This document shows, piece by piece, positions 48,309 to 61,100 of a stretch of DNA of 64,000 nucleotides (position 1 is the first letter of the stretch; every line of letters starts with the position of its first letter). The stretch is from Candidatus Latescibacterota bacterium (GTDB taxonomy: Bacteria; Latescibacterota; UBA2968; UBA8231): NCBI GenBank assembly GCA_965203355.1, contig OZ241889.1, positions 3,232,001 to 3,296,000 on the forward strand, written 5' to 3'. Below the pieces are notes generated by a model. The model was not told where the DNA came from, did not search any database, and saw nothing but the letters and a program-made list of their open reading frames with translations. The translations under genes and the position numbers were made by a program.

Positions 48309-49855
48309 AGCACGCTATCGACCTGTCGGCTAAACAGCGCGAGACGGTCTTAACACTGTTGCAACGCCATCTGCCCGGAACGGCCGCTTGGGTCTATGGC
48401 TCCCGCGCAAAATGGACATCCCGCCCTCATTCCGATCTGGACTTGGTGGTGTTTGCCACGCCCGGCCAGCAGCGTGCCGTGTCCGATCTCCGGGAAGCGT
48501 TTGAGGAAAGCAACTTGCCGTTTCGGGTGGACTTGTTTGTGTGGGACGAAGTGCCGGAATCGTTTCGCAAGCAGATGGAGCGGGAGCATGTGGTGTTGGT
48601 GGAGGAGGGCTATTCTTCGGCCAAATCTCAGACTGCTTCATTGGACGAAATCGCCAAACTTACTTTGAGCAGCGTGGACAAAAAAACCAAACAAGGAGAA
48701 TTCAACGTACTACTCTGCAATTATATGGACGTTTATTCAAGGCGATTTATTCGAGCCGATATTCCGTTCATGGCAGCGACTGCTACCAAGCGGGAGATTG
48801 AACGTTGTAGATTACAAATCGAAGACGTTGTTATCACTAAAGATTCGGAAAAACACGATGATATTGGAGTGCCCGCACTCATTCGTGAGGATGTCGAAGG
48901 GCTTGTGTGTGGTTATCACCTCGCCATTCTTCGTCCATCAAAAGATAAACTTCATGGTCCTTATCTGTACTACGCACTTCAAACAGAAGAGGCCCGGCAC
49001 CAATTCCACTCATACGCCAACGGTGTAACGCGATTCGGTTTGCGTAGAGACGACATTCTTCGCGTCAAGATTCCGCTCCCTCCCCTCCCCGAACAACGCG
49101 CCATCGCCCACATCCTCGGCACACTCGACGACAAAATTGAACTCAACCGGCGGATGAACGAGACGCTAGAGGCGATGGCCCGCGCCTTGTTCAAATCTTG
49201 GTTCGTCGATTTCGATCCCGTCCGCGCCAAAATGGAAGGCCGCGACACCGGATTGCCCCAAGAAATCGCCGATCTGTTTCCCGACCGGCTGGTGGAATCG
49301 GCGTTGGGGGAGATTCCGGAGGGGTGGACAGTCAGGACGTTAGGCGAACTAATCCAACTCAACTATGGCAAATCACTGAGGAAAGACAAGCGTGTACCCG
49401 GGGATTTTCCGGTTTATGGATCGGGCGGAAGCGAGACCACTCATTCGGAGCCGCTGGTTCGACATCCCACCGTGATTGTTGGCCGAAAGGGAACCATAGG
49501 TAGCGTCTTTTGGGCTCCGCACGGGTGTTGGCCCATTGATACCACTTACTTCGTTACGAGCGAGTTGCCCATGGCGTTTGTCTATCGCCTGTTGCAGCAC
49601 CTACCGTTGACCGACATGAATACTGACGCAGCGGTTCCAGGCCTAAACAGATCCAACACATATCGGCTTGAGGTCCCCTATTCCGACATCAAACTGGTGC
49701 ATACATTCGCAGAGTATTCGGACCGGCTACAGTCTCGAATTGACGCGAGCGGGCGTGAGGCAAAATTGTCGGCATACATCCGCGACACCCTCCTCCCCAA
49801 GCTCATCTCCGGCGAAATCCGCGTCCAGTTCGGTTCCGGTCGAGGAGACACCTGA
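48299..49855 (+). CDS. hsdS: MNT nucleotidyltransferase fused to Type I RM specificity subunit
   Basis: First ~100 aa: YGSRA..SDLDL..LPFRVDL (MNT). Then TRD1, LPPLPEQRAIAHILGTLDDKIELN, TRD2, RDTLLPKLISGEIR. Confidence 0.92.
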   Translation: MAVEHAIDLSAKQRETVLTLLQRHLPGTAAWVYGSRAKWTSRPHSDLDLVVFATPGQQRAVSDLREAFEESNLPFRVDLFVWDEVPESFRKQMEREHVVLVEEGYSSAKSQTASLDEIAKLTLSSVDKKTKQGEFNVLLCNYMDVYSRRFIRADIPFMAATATKREIERCRLQIEDVVITKDSEKHDDIGVPALIREDVEGLVCGYHLAILRPSKDKLHGPYLYYALQTEEARHQFHSYANGVTRFGLRRDDILRVKIPLPPLPEQRAIAHILGTLDDKIELNRRMNETLEAMARALFKSWFVDFDPVRAKMEGRDTGLPQEIADLFPDRLVESALGEIPEGWTVRTLGELIQLNYGKSLRKDKRVPGDFPVYGSGGSETTHSEPLVRHPTVIVGRKGTIGSVFWAPHGCWPIDTTYFVTSELPMAFVYRLLQHLPLTDMNTDAAVPGLNRSNTYRLEVPYSDIKLVHTFAEYSDRLQSRIDASGREAKLSAYIRDTLLPKLISGEIRVQFGSGRGDT

Positions 49856-51594
49856 TGCTCACCAGACTCACCGCGCGCAATTTCAAACGCTTTGCAGAAG
49901 TCGAAGTCGAATTGGGCAACCCGGTCGTGTTCATCGGTCCGAACAACTCAGGCAAGACTTCGGCCATGCAGGCGCTGGCCCTGTGGGACCTCGGCGTAAA
50001 GCGATGGAACGAGAAGCGCGCCGGCAAGAGCGCCCCAGAAAAACGCCCCGGCGTGACAGTCAATCGCCGGGACCTGTTCGCTATCCCCCATCCGAGCGCC
50101 GCACACTTGTGGAACGACTTGCATGTGCGGAATGTTCAGCGAATCAATGGCAAGCAGCAGACGAACAATGTGCGGATCGACCTCATCGTCGAGGGAATCA
50201 ACGAAGGCAAGGCCTGGCAGTGCGGCCTGGAGTTCGACTACGCCAACGAGGAATCGTTCTACTGTCGCCCCTTGCGGCTCGACGAAGGCAAGCCCCGCAA
50301 GAGAATGCCCATCCCGCACGAAGCCGGCTCCGTCCGCGTTGCCTTTCTCCCCCCCATGTCCGGCCTTGCCGCCACCGAAACCCGGCTCGACGGAGGCGCT
50401 CTTAACGTGAGAATTGGCGAAGGCCGCACGGCCGAGGTCCTCCGCAACTTGTGCTTCCGCATCGTGGAAAAGAACCCCGATCAGTGGAACGCATTAGTGG
50501 AGCGGATGGAGTTCCTCTTCGGAGTAGAACTCGACAAACCCCGCTATGTGGAGCAGCGGGGCGAGATCGCGATGGGGTATCGAGAACGCGGCTCGGTCGC
50601 GCTCGACCTCTCGTCGAGCGGGCGCGGATTGCAACAGACGCTGCTGATTCTCGCCTACATGTACGCCAATCCCGGCGCAGTCATCCTGCTCGACGAACCC
50701 GACGCACATCTCGAAATCCTGCGCCAGCGCCAGATCTACAACCTGATAACCGAAGTCGCCAAAGACAGCGGCAATCAGATCATCGCGGCAAGCCATTCGG
50801 AAGTGCTCCTGAACGAGGCCGCCGACAAGGACCTCGTCATCGCCTTCGTCGGCCGTCCGCACCGGATCGGAGACGAACAAAGCCAAGTGCGCAAGGCACT
50901 GGCCGAAATCGGATTCGATCAGTACTACCAAGCCGAACAGACCGGCTGGGTGCTCTACCTCGAAGGCGCGACCGATCTGGCGATCTTGCGGGCCTTCGCC
51001 AGACGCCTCGGCAAGGACGCGGCCTGTCGGGCTTTGGAAAGGCCCTTTGTGCATTATGTCGGGAATCAGCCTGTGGCCGCTGCGCGTCACTTCCACGGCC
51101 TCAGAGAAGCAAGCCGCCATCTCAAGGGCATTGCGCTTTTCGATCACCTAGAAAGCGGCATACCGGACAACCCGTCTTTCCCGCACCTACTCTGGAAACG
51201 GCGAGAGATCGAAAACTATCTGTGTACGGAATCAACGCTCGAAAACTACGTGCGCACCTCCGCGACAGCCGCAGAACCATTGCCTCTGTTCGCGCCGGCG
51301 GAAGTCGAAAGGCGGCTGACCGCCATGCGGGCGGCAATCCGCGAGGTCAGCGAAGCACTGGACAGATTGGGCAAGGGGTCGCCTTGGGACGCTGGCTTTA
51401 AGGCGAGCGATGAATTCCTGAAGCCGCTTTTTCGGTCCTACTTCCTGAAGCTCGGCATACCCAATCTCATGGCGAAGAAGCATTTCCACGAACTGGCCGA
51501 CTGCGTCCCAGCCAGCGAGATCGACCCCGAAATTGGCGAGAAACTGGACGCCATTGCTGCCGTCGCCGAGCGGGCCGCGCCGTTTGCACCGTGA
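49855..51594 (+). CDS. OLD-like ABC ATPase + TOPRIM protein
   Basis: GPNNSGKT, SSGRG signature, LLDEPD, SHS, then YLEGATD and REIENY. Confidence 0.8.
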   Translation: MLTRLTARNFKRFAEVEVELGNPVVFIGPNNSGKTSAMQALALWDLGVKRWNEKRAGKSAPEKRPGVTVNRRDLFAIPHPSAAHLWNDLHVRNVQRINGKQQTNNVRIDLIVEGINEGKAWQCGLEFDYANEESFYCRPLRLDEGKPRKRMPIPHEAGSVRVAFLPPMSGLAATETRLDGGALNVRIGEGRTAEVLRNLCFRIVEKNPDQWNALVERMEFLFGVELDKPRYVEQRGEIAMGYRERGSVALDLSSSGRGLQQTLLILAYMYANPGAVILLDEPDAHLEILRQRQIYNLITEVAKDSGNQIIAASHSEVLLNEAADKDLVIAFVGRPHRIGDEQSQVRKALAEIGFDQYYQAEQTGWVLYLEGATDLAILRAFARRLGKDAACRALERPFVHYVGNQPVAAARHFHGLREASRHLKGIALFDHLESGIPDNPSFPHLLWKRREIENYLCTESTLENYVRTSATAAEPLPLFAPAEVERRLTAMRAAIREVSEALDRLGKGSPWDAGFKASDEFLKPLFRSYFLKLGIPNLMAKKHFHELADCVPASEIDPEIGEKLDAIAAVAERAAPFAP

Positions 51595-51691
51595 CCCGCT
51601 TTAGCGAATCAACCCTCGGCAGGCACACCCCCCCGGACACGCCGGGCGCGAGGCGACGTGTGCGACCTTTTGAAACGTACGGAGGCATAAG

Positions 51692-52963
51692 ATGAACAAG
51701 ACATCTCCGCCCAGTACTGCGCCATCGCGCATCGAACGCCTCAAGGTGAGGAATTTCCGCGCACTGCGCGAGGTCGAGCTAAAAAACCTGACGCCGCTTA
51801 CCGTGCTGCTCGGTCCAAACGGCAGCGGAAAATCCACAGTGTTCGACGTGTTCGCCTTTCTCGCCGAATGCTTCGAGAGCGGTTTGCGCCGGGCCTGGGA
51901 AAAACGCGGGCGGGCGCGGGAGTTGAAATCGCGCGGCGGAGCGGGACCCATCCTGATCGAGCTCGCCTACCGCGAACAAGAGAACAAGCCCCTGATCACC
52001 TATCACCTCGAATTGGACGAGAGAAACGGGCGACCCGTTGTCGTGCGGGAATGGCTCCAATGGAGGCGAGGGAGCTATGGAGCACCCTTCCGCTTTCTCG
52101 ACTACGCCAATGGCACCGGGCGCGTCGTTTCGGGCGAACTGCCGGACGCGCAGGACAAGCGAATTGACGTTCCCTTGAGTTCTTCCGACACGCTCGCAGT
52201 CAACGCGCTCGGCCAGTTGGCCGAGAATCCCCGCGTCGTCGCCCTGCGCAATTTCATCATGGGCTGGCATGTGTCCTATCTCTCTTCCGAGGATGCGAGG
52301 GGACAGCCCGAAGTAGGGCCGCAGGAACGCCTGAGCAAGACCGGCGACAACCTCGCCAACGTGATCCAGCACCTGTCCGAAGAGCATCCCGAACGCCTGC
52401 AATCCATTTTCGGCCAGCTCCGGGAAAGGGTTCCCAAGATCGAGAAAGTGACGGCGGATCCAATGCCGGACGGCAGGCTGCTGCTGCAAATCAAGGACGC
52501 CCCGTTTGCCAAGCCGGTCATGGCCCGTTTCGCATCCGACGGTACGATCAAGATGCTCGCCTATCTGACCTTGCTGCACGACCCGGTTCCGCCTCCGTTT
52601 ATCGGCATTGAGGAGCCGGAAAACTTCCTGCATCCTCGCCTGCTGTACGGGCTGGCCGAGGAATGCCGAGAGGCGACCGGGGCCACGCAAATCCTCGTAA
52701 CCACGCATTCGCCGTTCTTCCTCAACGCGCTGCGGCCCCGTGAAGTGCGGGTACTGTGGCGCGACGAATTCGGCTACACCCGGTGTCACTCGCTGGATCA
52801 AAACGAAAAGGTCAAGGCGTTCATGGACGCCGGTGCTCAACTGGGCGACCTCTGGATGGAGGGGCATTTTGAGGTGGGAGACCCGCTGACTGCCGGCGGC
52901 ATGCCAATAGAGGTGCAGGGCACGGGTGCCATAACGGCGGCGCGAGAAGAAAGCGGTACCTGA
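51692..52963 (+). CDS. AAA_21 / AbiEii-type ABC ATPase
   Basis: [32 protein letters not shown]. Confidence 0.88.
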   Translation: MNKTSPPSTAPSRIERLKVRNFRALREVELKNLTPLTVLLGPNGSGKSTVFDVFAFLAECFESGLRRAWEKRGRARELKSRGGAGPILIELAYREQENKPLITYHLELDERNGRPVVVREWLQWRRGSYGAPFRFLDYANGTGRVVSGELPDAQDKRIDVPLSSSDTLAVNALGQLAENPRVVALRNFIMGWHVSYLSSEDARGQPEVGPQERLSKTGDNLANVIQHLSEEHPERLQSIFGQLRERVPKIEKVTADPMPDGRLLLQIKDAPFAKPVMARFASDGTIKMLAYLTLLHDPVPPPFIGIEEPENFLHPRLLYGLAEECREATGATQILVTTHSPFFLNALRPREVRVLWRDEFGYTRCHSLDQNEKVKAFMDAGAQLGDLWMEGHFEVGDPLTAGGMPIEVQGTGAITAAREESGT

Positions 52964-52964
52964 T

Positions 52965-53189
52965 ATGCCCGCCTCCCATCTCGAGTTTCACGTGGAAGAA
53001 CGTTCCATGGAAGCATTTCTCACCGCCTGGTTGCCGCGCATCGAACGCCTCAAGGTGCGGAATTTCCGCGCACGGCGCGAGGTCGAGCTAAAAAACCTGA
53101 CGCCGCTTACAACAGGCGGTGCAAGCAGCCGCATGAGCTGCGTACATCATAGTCTTGCGTACCTTAGCGTACGCAAGCGAGGGTACTAA
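52965..53189 (+). pseudogene. DUF4276-like gene truncated after ~25 codons and fused to a duplicated ATPase fragment
   Basis: HLEFHVEERSMEAFLTAWLPR (DUF4276-type start), then a 76-bp copy of 51726-51801. Confidence 0.72.
53035..53110 (+). repeat. 76-bp direct repeat of 51726-51801
   Basis: Two mismatches between the copies. Confidence 0.93.
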
Positions 53190-53192
53190 CCC

Positions 53193-54932
53193 ATGACGAT
53201 CAGCGACGAGGACATTCGCCGACAGTTGCGGTTGGGTGAAGATAGCCGCTGGGAATTCAAGCAGATCGAATTCAACGGCGACACCCCCACCAGCCCCCGC
53301 CGAGACGATCTGGCCGATGAACTGGCCGCGTTCGCCAACGCGAATGGGGGCGTGCTCCTGTGCGGCGTATCCGACGACGGACGAGTCAAGGGCATGTCCC
53401 GAAAACAAATAGAAGCGCTCGACCGCCTGTTGGTGGAAGTCAGCACCGACGCCATCGAACCCGCTCTCCGCATCCAAGTTTACCATCGGGAGCTCGATAA
53501 AAGAGCCTTCGTGCTCGCGGAAGTGCCGCGAGGCGACGCTGTTTACGAACGGGACGGGCGCGCGTTCATCCGGGTTGGTTCAACCAAGCGCCGCCTTGAA
53601 GGCAACGAACGCCTGCGGCTGGCACAGAACCGCGCCCAGAGCCGCTATTTGTGGTTCGACAAGCAGGTCGTGCCGCAGACGGGCTTCGAGACGTTTAGCG
53701 AGCGTCTGTGGGAACCGCTGCTCAGCGTGTCTGGAGCGACGGACCCTCGCCGGGGATTGCTGAACCTTCGCCTGTTGGCGCAGGATGAAGCCGGTGTGGT
53801 CCGAGCAACGGTTGCCGGCGTATTGCTTTGTGCCCAGTCGCCGCAAGAATGGTTGCCGCAAGCCACCATTGTGGCAACACACTATCGTGGAGCCGATCGG
53901 GCCTCCGGTCAGTTGGACGCACAGGAAATTGTCGGGCCATTACCCGCCCAGATCACCGACGCGGTGAAGTTCGTCGCACGCAATATGCGCGTTGCTGCGC
54001 GCAAGGTGCCGCAACGCGAGGACCTGCCCCAGTATAGTACAGCCGCGGTGTTTGAAGCGGTAGTGAACGCAGTTGCACACCGCGACTACTCCATGTCCTC
54101 ACGGCGGATCAGACTTTCGATGTTTAAGGACCGCCTCGAGATCGACTCGCCCGGTCAACTTCCCAATGGCATGACCCTAGAAGGCATGGAAGTAAGCCAA
54201 GCCACCCGCAACGAAGTGATCGCTTCCGTATTCGGCAGAATTCCCGTTGGCGAGGTGCCCGGATCAAACCATCGCCGGTACTTGATGGAACGTCGGGGAG
54301 ACGGGGTCTCGATCATCCACAAGGAGACCCGGGAAACCGCCGGTGTCCGGCCGGCATACAAAGTCGTTGACGCATCCAACGTCGTGCTGAGCATCCCCGC
54401 TGCCAAACTCGAACTCACCCCCGCCGACGCAACGGTCGCGGTCCACTCCAAAGGAGTGCCTCTACCCGGAGTCGAGGTTTTGGCCCTCTTTCCGAACAAG
54501 ACGTGGCAGCGGTCCACTACCGACGAGGCTGGCGAAGCAGCCCTTGAGCTGCATACGACGCATCTGCCGATGACCGTTTACGCGGCGGCTCCGGGGTATG
54601 CGGCGGGGCTTGAACGGGAGTGGAGTCCGCACAAGGGCGGTCTGCGGCTGGAACTCGGGCCGCTCCCGGCCGGAGGTGCGGCCATATTCCCCCAAGCCAC
54701 CGGGCACCTCCCCGGCCTGCGCGGGCGGCTAAACCCAATACGCGATACGTCCGACCGGACTTATCTGTACGCAGACAATATCGCCATTGAGGAGGGCCGA
54801 CAGCAGCCGGTGCCTTTTCGGCTCGGCAAGGCAATGCAGCTTACGGACGCTTATGGTGCTGAATTGTCGATAACCATCATTGACATCGTCGGACATTCCG
54901 CATTGGTGGAATATCGGTCGCTCAAGCCATGA
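53193..54932 (+). CDS. Schlafen/AlbA_2 + HATPase_c_4 protein with beta-rich C-terminal extension
   Basis: [24 protein letters not shown]; [22 protein letters not shown]; last ~170 aa beta-rich, with no wHTH recognised. Confidence 0.85.
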   Translation: MTISDEDIRRQLRLGEDSRWEFKQIEFNGDTPTSPRRDDLADELAAFANANGGVLLCGVSDDGRVKGMSRKQIEALDRLLVEVSTDAIEPALRIQVYHRELDKRAFVLAEVPRGDAVYERDGRAFIRVGSTKRRLEGNERLRLAQNRAQSRYLWFDKQVVPQTGFETFSERLWEPLLSVSGATDPRRGLLNLRLLAQDEAGVVRATVAGVLLCAQSPQEWLPQATIVATHYRGADRASGQLDAQEIVGPLPAQITDAVKFVARNMRVAARKVPQREDLPQYSTAAVFEAVVNAVAHRDYSMSSRRIRLSMFKDRLEIDSPGQLPNGMTLEGMEVSQATRNEVIASVFGRIPVGEVPGSNHRRYLMERRGDGVSIIHKETRETAGVRPAYKVVDASNVVLSIPAAKLELTPADATVAVHSKGVPLPGVEVLALFPNKTWQRSTTDEAGEAALELHTTHLPMTVYAAAPGYAAGLEREWSPHKGGLRLELGPLPAGGAAIFPQATGHLPGLRGRLNPIRDTSDRTYLYADNIAIEEGRQQPVPFRLGKAMQLTDAYGAELSITIIDIVGHSALVEYRSLKP

Positions 54933-55071
54933 GGCGGTTGTTTGCAGTGCTGGGGATCGGGCTGCCCGGTTTGTCGCCGAGCGCAGAGGCGGGAATGGTC
55001 CCCACCGCGTCCATTCGCAAGCACGTTCCGCACGTGGCCGCGCTTCCTCGGCTGCAACCCAAAGGTTAGAC

Positions 55072-58209
<3,138 letters not shown>

Positions 58210-58244
58210 CGCCAGCGCGATCACACCCCAAAGAAAGGAATCCC

Positions 58245-59048
58245 ATGCGCGTCATTCTCTTTGTCATCGACGGACTGCGGCCCGACGGTCTCCAACAGGC
58301 CGCCACCCCCTGCATGGACCGCTTAATCCGCCAAGGAGCCAGCACCTATACCGCCCGCACGGTGATGCCTTCGGCCACCTTGCCCTGCCACACCTCCATG
58401 TTTCGCGGCGTTCCCCCACAGCGGCACGGCATCATCACCAACACCTATGTGCCCCAAGTCAGACCCGTGCCCAGCCTAGTCGACGTGCTGCACCAAGCGG
58501 GCAAGCGCACGGCGTTCTTCTACAACTGGGAGCCATTGCGCGATCTGGCGGACCCAGGCTCGCTGGACCGCTCGTACTATATGAACAACTGCCACGAGCC
58601 AGATGGCGATGGGGAACTGGCCCGTTTGGCCGCGGCGACGCTGCGCCAATGGACGCCCGATTTCGCCTTTGTCTATCTAGGCGGCACCGATGTAGCAGGG
58701 CACGACCACGGCTGGATGTCGGCCCAATATCTGGCCGCTGTTGGGCGGGCCGATGCGGCCATTGGCGCGGTGTTGGCAGCGGTTGACCCCGCCGAGACCA
58801 CCGTCATCGTCACCAGCGATCACGGCGGGCACGAGCGCACCCACGGCACGGAAATGGACGAGGACATGACCATTCCATGGGTGATCGCCGGGCCGCCAGT
58901 ACCCACCGGGCGGCCCTTGCAAGAGCCGGTGAACATCATCGACAACCCGACGACCATTGCCGCTTTGCTCGCCGTGGCACCGGCGCGGGACTGGGCCGGA
59001 CGAGTCGTGCGGGAAGCCATAAGCGGCGACAGCCGTCAACGAACTTGA
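58245..59048 (+). CDS. Alkaline phosphatase superfamily (NPP-type) phosphodiesterase
   Basis: IDGLRPD, PSATLPCH, DVAGH, TSDHGG. Confidence 0.88.
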   Translation: MRVILFVIDGLRPDGLQQAATPCMDRLIRQGASTYTARTVMPSATLPCHTSMFRGVPPQRHGIITNTYVPQVRPVPSLVDVLHQAGKRTAFFYNWEPLRDLADPGSLDRSYYMNNCHEPDGDGELARLAAATLRQWTPDFAFVYLGGTDVAGHDHGWMSAQYLAAVGRADAAIGAVLAAVDPAETTVIVTSDHGGHERTHGTEMDEDMTIPWVIAGPPVPTGRPLQEPVNIIDNPTTIAALLAVAPARDWAGRVVREAISGDSRQRT

Positions 59049-59112
59049 CCCACGATCAACAAAGGCCCTTTATTGTGCCGTCCATCCCGACCCCATGCTA
59101 GGCGGTAACTGT

Positions 59113-60387
59113 ATGAGAGCAATGACGCGGCGCATGCTGCTCCGTGCCGGCCTTAGCGGTTGCTTGGTTGCCCCTTGGTGGTACGCCGTGCGGGCCTTTG
59201 CCGACCGCCCCGCATCGGGCGTGACCGACACCGAGATCCTCCTCGGCATGTCGGCCGCGTTCTCCGGCCCGTCCCGGGGCTTGGGCATCGAACTCTATCG
59301 AGGGGCCGGCGCGTATTTTACCCACGTAAATCAGCAAGGCGGCATAGCGGGCCGCACCGTACAGGTCAAAGCCTATGACGATGGCTATCAGCCTGGCCCT
59401 TCGGTCAAAAACACCATGAAGCTGATGCTCGACGATCAGGTGTTTCTGCTGTTCGGTTACGTTGGTACGCCCACGGTGACGCGGGTATTGCCCATCCTCA
59501 AAAAATTCCAAGACCGGAATATCCTGCTGTTTTTCCCTTTCACCGGTGCCCAACCCCAACGCGAACCACCCTATGGCACCTTCGCCTTTAATCTGCGCGC
59601 CTCCTACCGCCAAGAGACAGCCGGTCTAGTCGATAATTTCGTGCGCATCAACCGGCGGCGCATTGCCGTGTTCTATCAAGCCGATGCGTACGGCCGCAGT
59701 GGCTGGGCCGGGGTGCGCAGCGCCCTGAAAAAGCACGGCGAACAAATCGTCGGCGAAGCCACGTATCGGCGCGGCGAGCGATTCACCAGCACCATGCGCC
59801 AACAGGTCGAAATCCTCAAGGAAGCCAAGCCCCAAGCGGTAATCTGCATCGGTGCCTATGCGGCCTGCGCGGCCTTTGCCCGCGATGCCGTCGATCTCGG
59901 TCTAGCGGTGCCTTTTGCCAACCTGTCCTTCGTTGGCAGCGAAAATCTCCTCAAGCTGCTTACCGAAGGCCGCGACGACGACCAGCGCTACACCGAGTGG
60001 CTGGTAAACTCCCAAGTGGTGCCCAGTTACGAGGATACCTCTATACCCGCGGTCCAAGAGTACCGCGGCCTGATGGACCGCTACGCCCCACAGCCGCCAG
60101 CCGAACTGTTGCAAGACCCCTATACGCCTTTTGACTACAGCTTCGTCAGCCTCGAAGGCTTTCTCAACGCCAAGCTCATGGTCGAAATTTTGCACCGGCT
60201 CGGGGCCGAGCCACAGCGCGGTCAACTCGAAGAGGCCGTGTTCTCGGTCGCGGACTTCGATCTGGGCCTTGGCGAACAGGTCTCCTTTGGTCCCGCCCGG
60301 CGCCAAGGCCTCCAGCGAGTGTACTACACGGTGGTCGATGCCGGTCGTTTTGTCCCCTTAGACGATTGGCACGCTCGGTTTGCCTGA
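59113..60387 (+). CDS. Periplasmic binding protein (LIV / Peripla_BP_6 type), Tat-like signal
   Basis: TRRMLL; GMSAAFSGP, YDDGYQP, GYVGTPT, NLRASY; start uncertain between 59095 and 59122. Confidence 0.85.
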   Translation: MRAMTRRMLLRAGLSGCLVAPWWYAVRAFADRPASGVTDTEILLGMSAAFSGPSRGLGIELYRGAGAYFTHVNQQGGIAGRTVQVKAYDDGYQPGPSVKNTMKLMLDDQVFLLFGYVGTPTVTRVLPILKKFQDRNILLFFPFTGAQPQREPPYGTFAFNLRASYRQETAGLVDNFVRINRRRIAVFYQADAYGRSGWAGVRSALKKHGEQIVGEATYRRGERFTSTMRQQVEILKEAKPQAVICIGAYAACAAFARDAVDLGLAVPFANLSFVGSENLLKLLTEGRDDDQRYTEWLVNSQVVPSYEDTSIPAVQEYRGLMDRYAPQPPAELLQDPYTPFDYSFVSLEGFLNAKLMVEILHRLGAEPQRGQLEEAVFSVADFDLGLGEQVSFGPARRQGLQRVYYTVVDAGRFVPLDDWHARFA

Positions 60388-61100
60388 TGGTGATAAAAGT
60401 CCAAAAGCTCTTTAAGAAAACCCTGTTCGGCGTCTTTGCCCTATTCGGCTTGATCGGCCTATCGACCTCCATTCTGTGCGTCTATACCGTGGATACGCAC
60501 CTATCGGCCGAATACGAGAGCAACAGCCGCGACATTGCCAAGACCATCGCCGATTCCAGCGTGGACATTCTCTTAAATCGCGACTTGTCGGCGTTGCAGT
60601 CGCTCATCGACCAGTTCGTCGAGATTCAGGGCATCAAGTACATCTACATCACCGACGAATCCGGCGAATTTATCGCCCACACTTTTGTGCCCGGCATTCC
60701 CGCAGAAATTCGCGCCAGCGATCCGTTTAACATGGAAACGGTGGAGCGCAGCCTGCCTAAAATGGGCGATTTCGTCGAAGTGGGCAGCCCGATTCTCGCC
60801 GGCGTGGCCGGCACGGTCCACGTGGGTATGGACACTGGTTTGATCGCGCTAAAAATTCAACGCGCCATTGGCCAGCAGGTTTACCTGTTCTCCATCATCC
60901 TCGTCGTCGGCGTCTTTGCGGCCATCTGGTTGGTGAACCTAGCGGCCAAGCCGCTGGGCGCACTCTTGGGCTACGCCGTGCGCGTAGCTCGCGATGAGCA
61001 ACCTGCGGACGACGACCTGCTGACGCGCGACGACGAAGCCGGACACCTAGCGCGACTCTTCCGCTACGTTGCCGACAAAGAGCGGAGTAGATCCGATTGA
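60387..61100 (+). CDS. Two-TM sensor-like protein ending in a HAMP domain, no output domain
   Basis: ATG overlaps the upstream TGA; TM-periplasmic-TM, then KPLGAL...DDEAGHLARLF and a stop. Confidence 0.75.
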   Translation: MVIKVQKLFKKTLFGVFALFGLIGLSTSILCVYTVDTHLSAEYESNSRDIAKTIADSSVDILLNRDLSALQSLIDQFVEIQGIKYIYITDESGEFIAHTFVPGIPAEIRASDPFNMETVERSLPKMGDFVEVGSPILAGVAGTVHVGMDTGLIALKIQRAIGQQVYLFSIILVVGVFAAIWLVNLAAKPLGALLGYAVRVARDEQPADDDLLTRDDEAGHLARLFRYVADKERSRSD

